Source: Orenia metallireducens
GTDB taxonomy: Bacteria; Bacillota; Halanaerobiia; Halobacteroidales; Halobacteroidaceae
Assembly (NCBI RefSeq): GCF_001693735.1
Contig: NZ_LWDV01000010.1
Coordinates: 468,552 to 492,551, forward strand
DNA: 24,000 nucleotides
Direction: 5' to 3'
Part shown: piece after piece, positions 9,061-16,528 of the stretch
How positions within the stretch are numbered: position 1 is the stretch's first letter
Layout of the letters: each line of letters begins with the position of its first letter
Program-made: the position numbers and the translations under genes
Notes under the pieces: model-generated
What the model saw: only the letters and a program-made list of their open reading frames with translations
The model's database searches: none
What the model was told of the DNA's origin: nothing

Positions 9061-9492
9061 ACTAACTCCTCCCTTTTCTAGTTATTAATAATCTTCTTTA
9101 AACTGTAGATTCCTCTATACTAATCTGTATCTGATTTTTTTGTTCTTAAATTCTTACAACCTTATTTGACACTGATTAAAATCTGATCAAATTCTGATTT
9201 GAAACCTTAATAATCTTTTAGCTTTATGATTTAATCCGCTTTTATCACCCCAAGAGTACTTACTCAGTCAACAAAGATCGTTTCCTTCAAAGTGCTGCTT
9301 AAATCTGCGTCCAACACTCTTTTCAACTTAAATCCTTTAAACATTTTTAAATAATGACTAAGTTCTGACTTAAACCTTTAATAATTTAATCCCTTTATTC
9401 TTTAATCTGTGTTCTTCTGTGTAAGTCTTTGTCTAATATTTCTTTTGACTTTAAGCTTTCAAATTCTAATTATTTCAATTATCAATTGTAGA

Positions 9493-10206
9493 TTATAAAC
9501 TGTCAATTATCTTCTCTACCTCTACATACTCCTCAAATATCCTAGCCAAATCTACCTTTTCAGAGCCACTCTCTAAACCTTCTATGTAAGGTACTATTCC
9601 TAAAATATCTACATTTGCAAGCTCAGCAATCACCTCTGGATTGGTCCGTTCTGCAATTCCTGCTTCTTCCTTCAAACCATTAATAATCACACCTAAGACC
9701 TCAATTCCTAATTGGCGAGCCACCTTTACTGTCAAAACTGTATGATTAATCGTACCTAGATTTGGTCGAGCTACAATAATTATCGGCAAATCAAAGCTTT
9801 TGACCAAATCTGGTATCAGAAAATTCTTAGCCAGAGGTACCATCAATCCCCCCGCACCTTCAACTATTAAACCTTGGTGTAGTGCTAATAATTCTTGATA
9901 AGCTCTATCAACCTTAGTTAAATCAATCTCTATACCTTCAATCTCTGCAGCTACACTAGGTGCTAAAGGTTCTCTTAAACGAATCGGGTTCATCAAATCA
10001 TAATCTGTATCTAAATCTACAAATCTTAATGCGAATTCCAAATCTGGAGATAATAATCTCCCCTCAGCTTCGATAAAATCTGTTTGAAAGGGCTTCATTA
10101 AGCCTATATCATAGCCTCTCTCTCGCAAAGCAGCTAGTAGTCCAGCTGTCACTACCGTCTTACCTACATCAGTATCTGTTCCTGTAACAAAAAAACCTCT
10201 ATTCAT
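9493..10206 (-). CDS. bioD: Dethiobiotin synthase (ATP-dependent)
   Basis: N-terminal P-loop FVTGTDTDVGKT. Length about 237 aa, located between bioF and bioA. ATG 10206 is preferred to GTG 10218 (GGTGAT SD). Confidence 0.85.
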   Translation of the reverse strand: MNRGFFVTGTDTDVGKTVVTAGLLAALRERGYDIGLMKPFQTDFIEAEGRLLSPDLEFALRFVDLDTDYDLMNPIRLREPLAPSVAAEIEGIEIDLTKVDRAYQELLALHQGLIVEGAGGLMVPLAKNFLIPDLVKSFDLPIIIVARPNLGTINHTVLTVKVARQLGIEVLGVIINGLKEEAGIAERTNPEVIAELANVDILGIVPYIEGLESGSEKVDLARIFEEYVEVEKIIDSL

Positions 10207-10232
10207 TCTAATCACCACTACTTTCTAATTCA

Positions 10233-11402
10233 TTATCTTATAAGCCCTACTTCTCTCCCCGCTCTAGCAAAGATATCTAAAGCCTCTTCTATATCTTCAC
10301 TACTATGGCTAGCCATCACTGTAACTCTAATTCGACTCATCCCTCTTGGAACTGTAGGTGGTCTAATTCCTGGTGCTAAGACCCCTTCTTCCACCAAAGA
10401 CTTACTTAGTTTCATGGTCTTCTCTGTATCACCAATCATAATTGGAATAATAGCACTATTACTAGGTAATAAATCATAGCCTAAATCCTCTAAACCATCT
10501 TTTAATAACTTAATATTCCTCCATAACTTCTTAATCAATTCAGGATGAGATTGTAAATAATTCAATGACGCAAGGCTGGCTCCAATAGTTGCAGGGGCTA
10601 ATGCAGTAGAATAGATAAAGGCTCTAGCCTTATTCCTTAATAAATCGATTAACTCTTTACTTCCTGCTACAAATCCACCCTCTGAGCCTAATGCCTTACT
10701 CAAAGTTCCCAGTTGAATATCTATCTTCCCCTTTAAGTCAAAGTATTCTACAATTCCACTGCCTTTTTTACCTAATACTCCTGTTCCATGGGCATCATCA
10801 ACCATTACTAAAGCCTGATACTTCTTAGCCAACTCTACTATCTCTGGCAAAGGTGCTAAGTCTCCATCCATACTAAAGACACCATCAGTTACAATCAGTT
10901 TTTTCCTATATTTACTGCTTCTCTTTAATATCATCTCTAGTCTTTCTAAATCACCATGCTTATAAACTAGGAGCTTAGCCTTACTTAAGCGGCATCCATC
11001 AATAATACTAGCATGATTTAACTTATCACAGATGATTACATCTTCTGCTCCTACTACTGTAGTCAAAACACCAAGATTAGCCATATAACCAGTATTAAAG
11101 ACTAGAGCAGCTTCTGTCTCTTTAAAATTAGCTAGCTTACTTTCTAGCTCTTCATGTAAGTCATAGTTACCAGTGGTTAAACGGGAACCTCCTGAACCTG
11201 TTCCATACTCTTCTATCACTTGAATAACCTCTTCTTTTATCTCCTTTCTAGTCGATAGTCCTAAATAATTATTAGAAGCTAACATAATAACCTCTTGATT
11301 ATCAATAATCACTCGTGGAGACTGTGAACTTTCTAATCTTTTTAATTCTCTATGTAAACCTTCCTCTTTCAATAAGCTTAGCTCTTCAACCCAAAAATTC
11401 AT
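10233..11402 (-). CDS. bioF: 8-amino-7-oxononanoate synthase
   Basis: Alpha-oxoamine synthase family: NNYLGL, DDAHGTGVLG, and PLP-Lys context GTLSKALG. ATG 11402 (GAGGTGA SD) is preferred over TTG 11429. Confidence 0.9.
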   Translation of the reverse strand: MNFWVEELSLLKEEGLHRELKRLESSQSPRVIIDNQEVIMLASNNYLGLSTRKEIKEEVIQVIEEYGTGSGGSRLTTGNYDLHEELESKLANFKETEAALVFNTGYMANLGVLTTVVGAEDVIICDKLNHASIIDGCRLSKAKLLVYKHGDLERLEMILKRSSKYRKKLIVTDGVFSMDGDLAPLPEIVELAKKYQALVMVDDAHGTGVLGKKGSGIVEYFDLKGKIDIQLGTLSKALGSEGGFVAGSKELIDLLRNKARAFIYSTALAPATIGASLASLNYLQSHPELIKKLWRNIKLLKDGLEDLGYDLLPSNSAIIPIMIGDTEKTMKLSKSLVEEGVLAPGIRPPTVPRGMSRIRVTVMASHSSEDIEEALDIFARAGREVGLIR

Positions 11403-11445
11403 CAACTCACCTCTATCTAGGTATATCAAAAGTTCTTATTTAAAT

Positions 11446-12219
11446 TTATTTTTTTAATCTAACAAACAATAGGTGATGGGTTACAATAATTTGATTATCC
11501 TCTCTATATCTCTCCATATATTTACGCTCTATTTTCTTTAATAATCCTGAAGTTAAAGGTGGCTTATCTTTTTTAGCACTATTAGCACCAATCTTCTTAA
11601 TTGCTCTTAAGAAATCAATCACATTAGAAAATCTTTCAATATATTCTTCTTCACTTATCTCAACCTCGCTAAATTCTTCTTCTAAAATTCTCTCTAATTC
11701 AGATTTACTAAAGAACCTTTGGGAATAGCTATCTTCTCCTTTAACCTCTTGAAAACAACTTCTCAATTCTTGAAAGGTCTTATCACCAAAGATAGAGAAA
11801 TAAATCTCCCCCCTATCCTTCAACTGCTCTCTAAAATTCCTAAGAGCTAGTTTCAAATTTTGAAACCATTGAAAAGTAGCATTAGAGATTATTAAGTCAA
11901 ACTTTTGCTTTAATTTTATTTGCTCACCATCAGCTAATATATATTCAATTTGGTGATAATCTTTAAATTTTTCCTTACATCTTGCAAGCATCTTAGGTGA
12001 AATATCAATAAGGAGATAGTTACTCTCTAAAAATCGATTAACAACAAACTCTGTAAAAAGTCCTGTACCTCCCCCAATCTCTAATATATTATTTACTCCA
12101 TCTTCCTCTTTTAAATAATCATTTAACTTCTCTGCCATATACTTTTGTACAACAGCATATTGGTCATAACTATCAACTGCCCTAGAAAAATTCTCCCTTA
12201 CCACCTCTTTTTCAATCAA
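11446..12219 (-). CDS. bioC: Malonyl-ACP O-methyltransferase
   Basis: Class I SAM methyltransferase (ILEIGGGTG) at the position typical of bioC. TTG start with AAGGAGG 7 nt upstream. Overlaps the upstream esterase gene by 8 nt. Confidence 0.8.
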   Translation of the reverse strand: MIEKEVVRENFSRAVDSYDQYAVVQKYMAEKLNDYLKEEDGVNNILEIGGGTGLFTEFVVNRFLESNYLLIDISPKMLARCKEKFKDYHQIEYILADGEQIKLKQKFDLIISNATFQWFQNLKLALRNFREQLKDRGEIYFSIFGDKTFQELRSCFQEVKGEDSYSQRFFSKSELERILEEEFSEVEISEEEYIERFSNVIDFLRAIKKIGANSAKKDKPPLTSGLLKKIERKYMERYREDNQIIVTHHLLFVRLKK

Positions 12220-12871
12220 CTAAATACCTCCTTATCAACTCATTTACTTCTTCTTCTGCTTCATATATCATATTATGACCAACTCCCTCTAGTATATAAA
12301 AATCATAATCTTTAAAAAACTCTAAAACTTGCTTAGAACTGGAATTAGTTATTATCTCATCTTCTTTGGTCACTACTACAAGAGGTCTTACACCTTCAAT
12401 AATATTCATATCTCTTAAGTCCTCTTCTAACAAAAGTCTTAACCCTTCTTTTAGATAATTACTATCTAGTTCTTTTAATTCTTTTCTATATTTCTCTAAA
12501 TAATCTTCATAAAAGCTTTTATTATAAAAATTCAGTCTACTAAAATTAATTAATGTCCTTAGCTTATTTCTTTCAATATCTCTAATCATCTTTTTTACAA
12601 CTATTTTTGGCTGATTTTTTAAAAAGTAAAGGGTAGGTGCCAAAAGTATTAGCTTATTAACTCTAAAATCATTCAAATATCTCAAAGCCATCATTGTTCC
12701 CATCGACCAGCCTAAGAAATTTATTTCACTTGGATTTCTCCTAACAATCTCTTGCACCAAAGATTCTTTATTAAAAGAATCCACTATCAGTAGCTCATAC
12801 CCCTCCAATTTTAACCCTTCATATAAACTCCTACTCGTCCCCCAACCAGGAAATAATACCATCAGTTTCAT
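12212..12871 (-). CDS. bioH: Pimeloyl-ACP methyl ester esterase (BioH-like alpha/beta hydrolase)
   Basis: 219-aa alpha/beta hydrolase. Nucleophile elbow GWSMG (compare E. coli BioH GWSLG) and C-terminal His (GVGHNM). Translationally coupled to bioC. Assignment rests on context plus motif. Confidence 0.6.
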   Translation of the reverse strand: MKLMVLFPGWGTSRSLYEGLKLEGYELLIVDSFNKESLVQEIVRRNPSEINFLGWSMGTMMALRYLNDFRVNKLILLAPTLYFLKNQPKIVVKKMIRDIERNKLRTLINFSRLNFYNKSFYEDYLEKYRKELKELDSNYLKEGLRLLLEEDLRDMNIIEGVRPLVVVTKEDEIITNSSSKQVLEFFKDYDFYILEGVGHNMIYEAEEEVNELIRRYLVD

Positions 12872-12888
12872 AGAATATACTCCTTTTT

Positions 12889-12921
12889 ATTGTTAACAAT
12901 AAAAAATATCAAGTTTACAAT
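12889..12921. promoter_or_regulatory. Putative BirA operator upstream of bioH-bioC-bioF-bioD
   Basis: ATTGTTAAC - 15 nt - GTTTACAAT is an inverted repeat resembling the TGTwAAC...GTTwACA BirA signal. It sits directly upstream of the bioH SD. Confidence 0.5.
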
Positions 12922-12969
12922 AAAAATAAAAATTTTATAAGAATCTCTCTTAAAATGATACATAAGACT

Positions 12970-13093
12970 GATATTACGACACTTCTTCACAACGCCCCCT
13001 GAACTAATACTCTGTTTTCCCCTCTCTTGGGAGGAAGAGAAAGGGGAGGATGAATTCGATATTTTAACTAAGGAAGTGTCACAATATACCCAT
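12970..13093. repeat. MITE-like GC-rich intergenic repeat element (second copy)
   Basis: Termini GATATTACGACACTTC (12970-12985) and GGAAGTGTCACAATATAC (13072-13089). Module CACAACGCCCCCTGA (12988-13002). Hairpin CCCCTCTCTT...AAGAGAAAGGGG (13019-13046). Flank ATATACCCAT is shared with the copy at 4081-4090. Confidence 0.7.
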
Positions 13094-13131
13094 AAAGTAC
13101 CACATTTAAATTTTACTCTAAAGTTTAATAA

Positions 13132-14097
13132 CTATTCCCCTAATCCCAAATCTTTAATCATCTGTAAATCCTCTGCTGTTGCTCTTCCTTCAGTAGTCAG
13201 ATAATTTCCAATTAATAAACCATTAACACCCGATAATAGACTTAATGACTGTAAGTCCCGTAAATTATTCTCTCTTCCCCCACATAACTTAATCACCTTG
13301 GTAGGTAAGATAAATCTAAAGATAGCTGCAGTCTTTAAAGTCTCCATAGGTGGTACTGGATCATTACCATATAAAGGTGTTCCTTTAACAGGATTTAGAA
13401 TATTAATTGGTACTGAATCCACATCCAACTCCTTGATAGTAAAAGCTAAATCTACCCTATCCTCAAAGCTCTCTCCTAAGCCAATAATTCCTCCACTACA
13501 TACCTCCATACCTCTCTCTTTTAAGAATTTAACAGTATTTACTCTATCCTGATATGTATGAGTAGTGCAGATTTCTGCATAATAACTTTCAGAAGTCTCT
13601 AAGTTATGGTTATATCGCTTTAATCCCACATTAGCCAACTTCTCTGCTCTCTTCTCATCTAGTGTTCCCAAAGATGCACAGACCTCCAAATTAGTCTCTT
13701 CTCTTATCAGTCTAAAAGCCTCTATCAAGTTCTCAAAATCTTCATCACTAACTACTCCTCGTCCACTGGTTACAATTCCAAAGTGTTCTGCTCCACTACC
13801 TTCCATCTCTTTGGCTCTAGCCAAGATATCCTCCTTAGCCATCAATGGATAAGTGACTGTCCCTGTATTATAATGGGCTGATTGAGAACAGAAGGTACAG
13901 TCCTCAGAACAACTTCCTGACTTAGCATTAACAATTGAGCATAAGTCTACCTTCTTACCGATAAACTTATTCTTAATCTCATTAGCTGCTGCTAATAATT
14001 CCATTGTTCTACTCTCATCTAAGTTTACTAAATACATTGCCTCATCTTTAGTAATACCCTCACCTGCTAAAACTTTATTTTTAAGTTCCTGTAACAT
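13132..14097 (-). CDS. bioB: Biotin synthase (radical SAM)
   Basis: Radical-SAM CSEDCTFCSQS motif plus YNHNLETS and GGIIGLGE motifs. 321 aa. SD AAGGAGAGG. Confidence 0.95.
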   Translation of the reverse strand: MLQELKNKVLAGEGITKDEAMYLVNLDESRTMELLAAANEIKNKFIGKKVDLCSIVNAKSGSCSEDCTFCSQSAHYNTGTVTYPLMAKEDILARAKEMEGSGAEHFGIVTSGRGVVSDEDFENLIEAFRLIREETNLEVCASLGTLDEKRAEKLANVGLKRYNHNLETSESYYAEICTTHTYQDRVNTVKFLKERGMEVCSGGIIGLGESFEDRVDLAFTIKELDVDSVPINILNPVKGTPLYGNDPVPPMETLKTAAIFRFILPTKVIKLCGGRENNLRDLQSLSLLSGVNGLLIGNYLTTEGRATAEDLQMIKDLGLGE

Positions 14098-14112
14098 AAT
14101 AACCTCTCCTTT

Positions 14113-14144
14113 TTAGTTAACTTATTTATTTTATAGTTAACAAT
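14113..14144. promoter_or_regulatory. Putative BirA operator in the bioB leader
   Basis: TTAGTTAAC - 14 nt - GTTAACAAT inverted repeat, 15-45 nt upstream of the bioB start and downstream of the candidate promoter. Confidence 0.55.
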
Positions 14145-14176
14145 ATTTTTAAAAAATTTTCCATGTAGTTATATAT

Positions 14177-14205
14177 AATATATATAAAAAAGCAGTTATT
14201 GTCAA
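14177..14205 (-). promoter_or_regulatory. Candidate sigma-A promoter for bioB
   Basis: Minus strand reads TTGACA (14200-14205), 17 nt, then TATATT (14177-14182). The AT-rich context makes the -10 assignment ambiguous. Confidence 0.35.
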
Positions 14206-14315
14206 CCTCTTTAAAAACATATTAACATATCAATTCTTAAATAATATTACAGCTTATCAATATTGAGATTAAATAAAAAAAGACAACCCTTATATGGATT
14301 GCCTAAAGTATTTAT

Positions 14316-15170
14316 TTAGATGTTATGATTTTCCTTAATCTTATTTACAGACTCATTATCTAAATCGGTCATTTGAATTATCTCTTCTACTCCTATTCCT
14401 TTCTTTAACATACTTTTTACCACCTTTTCTATACCTTTTTCTATACCTCTTTCCACACCTTTTCTCTCAGCCTTCTTCAATGCCATCTCTTCATCACGTA
14501 ACCATTTTAACCTAGCTTCATAAAGCTCTCGTTCATCTTCGTTTAAATACATTGTATCTAACACTTTGATTGCTTTTTCTATACTTTCAACCTCGGCTAA
14601 TTGTGAAGGAATCTGATCCTTATTATATTCATGAGCTCTCTTTAAAAACTCTGTCCATCGATCTAAAGCAGTCTGTATTTCGCTTAAGTCTTTATTATAC
14701 TTTTCAAGTTCAATGAAATGTATCTCCAAATGATCTATTAACTCTTCTTTTGACTTAGAATTAAATAACTTATAAATATTATGATAATCTTCTTCAGCTA
14801 AGCAATTAAAGTTAAGTACATTAATTACTATCGTCTTTTCTAGTTTATCATAATTGATCCCTGATTCTAATTGACCAGTATATAGCCTAGCCCAATAATA
14901 TAAAGCTCTTTTATCATAGTAATCTTGATCTGTTATCTGCATCTCAATATTGTACCAAATACCTTTTTCATCTACAGCTTTAACATCAAGAATTGACAGT
15001 TTATCATTTTTAAAGTTTTTAGAATTATAAGGATTCTTTAAGATCAAGTCTTTAATTTGTTCGTCTTTGTCCAACACTGAATTAATAAAAGAGATTAAGA
15101 TATCTTTGTTCTCCTCACTGCCAAATAATTTTTTAAAAGCAAAGTCTACTCGTGGGTTTAAACGACACAT
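14316..15170 (-). CDS. Rpn family recombination-promoting nuclease / putative transposase (PD-(D/E)XK, TIGR01784-like)
   Basis: N-terminus LNPRVDFAFKKLFGSEENKDILISFINSVL is the characteristic start of this family. The core (DVKA...IEMQ) fits a PD-(D/E)XK nuclease. SD AGAGGAGG. Candidate extended -10 TGTTATAAT upstream. Confidence 0.8.
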   Translation of the reverse strand: MCRLNPRVDFAFKKLFGSEENKDILISFINSVLDKDEQIKDLILKNPYNSKNFKNDKLSILDVKAVDEKGIWYNIEMQITDQDYYDKRALYYWARLYTGQLESGINYDKLEKTIVINVLNFNCLAEEDYHNIYKLFNSKSKEELIDHLEIHFIELEKYNKDLSEIQTALDRWTEFLKRAHEYNKDQIPSQLAEVESIEKAIKVLDTMYLNEDERELYEARLKWLRDEEMALKKAERKGVERGIEKGIEKVVKSMLKKGIGVEEIIQMTDLDNESVNKIKENHNI

Positions 15171-15337
15171 CTTGGTTAAACCTCCTCTGTTACAATGATG
15201 CTTTAATTATAACATAAAGAATATATTGAAACCAGTTTCATAAATAATAATATATGGTGATTTTTAACTCATTACTTATCACACCTTATAGTTAACAATA
15301 TCAACAATTAGGAATCAGAAACCAAAAATCAGTCTAT

Positions 15338-16492
15338 TTAGCTGGTCTCTAATTCCTGACAACTGATTCCTAATTTCTCTATAGCCCTCTCTAACTCCCC
15401 AATTACCTGCTCATCCTTCTCTTTTAATAGCTCCTTCTCTAATCTATCCAAGACACCTTTATCACCTATCTCTCCCAAAGCCCAAGCAACATTGGCTCTG
15501 ACTATTGGTTTTGGGTCAACTAGAGCTTCTAGCAGATAGGGTACAGCTCTTTTATCCTTTAAATTCCCCAAAATAATAGCGGCATTCCGTTGAATCGGTC
15601 GTTTTCCTCGCCAGTTCATGGGAGTAATCATAAACTTATCTTTATACTCCTTATTACTTAAGGTTAATAGAGGAATTAATTCAGGATACGCCTCTAAAGT
15701 CTGAGGTCTAAACTCTTTGTGGTCTCCTACTTTTACATCTTGATTCTGAGGACAGGCACTTTGGCAGGTGTCACAACCCCATAATCTATTGCCCATCTTC
15801 TTGCGCTGCTCTTCATCAAGGTAACCTTTACTTAATGTGATATAGCCTAAACACTTGCGGCTATCTAAGGTATAAGGAGCTACCAATGCTCCTGTGGGAC
15901 AGGCATTTATACACCTTCTACAATCATCACACTTGTCTTCTATAGGTGAGTCATATTCTAACTCTAAATCGGTAATTATCCCCCCTAAGAATATCCATGA
16001 ACCATACTCAGGATTGATAATACTACAGTTCTTACCCTGCCAACCAATCCCCGCTCTTCTAGCCAATGCTCTATCAACACTAGGACCTGTATCGACAAAT
16101 TTAAATAATTCTACATCTTTTCTCTTCCCTTTAATAAAGTCAATCAACTTATCTAGTTTATCACCTAAAACCTGATGATAATCCTGCCCCCAAGCAAAAC
16201 GTGATAGAGCTCCTCTTAATTCTTCTTTAACTTTTCTCCTACTTTCAGCTATATATTTATCATCAATACTATAAGAGATAGCACAGACAATCACCGATTT
16301 AGCCTCTGATAATACCCTTTGAGGTTCAGTTATCTTCTCTAAATCATCATGGACAAAGGTAGACAAATACTCTTTCTCTCTCATCTTTATTAAGAATTCC
16401 TTAAGTTCTGGAAAGGATCCAGCATTGGTAATCTTAATAGCATCTATTCCAATAGATTTAGCATAATCTTTAAGTTTGGTAGTTAAAGTAAT
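15338..16492 (-). CDS. queG: tRNA epoxyqueuosine(34) reductase
   Basis: Two 4Fe-4S motifs (CDDCRRCINACP, CDTCQSACP) and C-terminal HEAT-like repeats (VRANVAWALGEIGD). The ATG-limited ORF is 15338..16384. The in-frame upstream sequence (LKDYAKSIGIDAIKITNAGSF) resembles a QueG N-terminus, so I extend to ATT 16492, which follows AAAGGAGAGG. Confidence 0.85.
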   Translation of the reverse strand: MTLTTKLKDYAKSIGIDAIKITNAGSFPELKEFLIKMREKEYLSTFVHDDLEKITEPQRVLSEAKSVIVCAISYSIDDKYIAESRRKVKEELRGALSRFAWGQDYHQVLGDKLDKLIDFIKGKRKDVELFKFVDTGPSVDRALARRAGIGWQGKNCSIINPEYGSWIFLGGIITDLELEYDSPIEDKCDDCRRCINACPTGALVAPYTLDSRKCLGYITLSKGYLDEEQRKKMGNRLWGCDTCQSACPQNQDVKVGDHKEFRPQTLEAYPELIPLLTLSNKEYKDKFMITPMNWRGKRPIQRNAAIILGNLKDKRAVPYLLEALVDPKPIVRANVAWALGEIGDKGVLDRLEKELLKEKDEQVIGELERAIEKLGISCQELETS

Positions 16493-16528
16493 GGTAACCT
16501 TCTCCTTTCTTTGACTCTAATACCTTGA

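Noticed and set aside
9170-9215. On the minus strand, GTTTCAAATCAGAATTTGATCAGATTTTAATC looks superficially like a CRISPR repeat, with a related sequence at about 9355-9385.
   Set aside because: There are only two copies. They are degenerate (about 70% identity) and about 185 bp apart rather than separated by 30-40-bp spacers. No cas genes or leader are present. I treat it as part of the degenerate direct repeats in the bioD-bioA spacer.
9265-9348. 27-aa minus-strand sORF (MFKGFKLKRVLDADLSSTLKETIFVD) in the more GC-rich core of the bioD-bioA spacer.
   Set aside because: There is no Shine-Dalgarno sequence in a genome where nearly every gene has a strong one. It is too short to evaluate. It is mentioned only as something a conservation or Ribo-seq check of the spacer could revisit.
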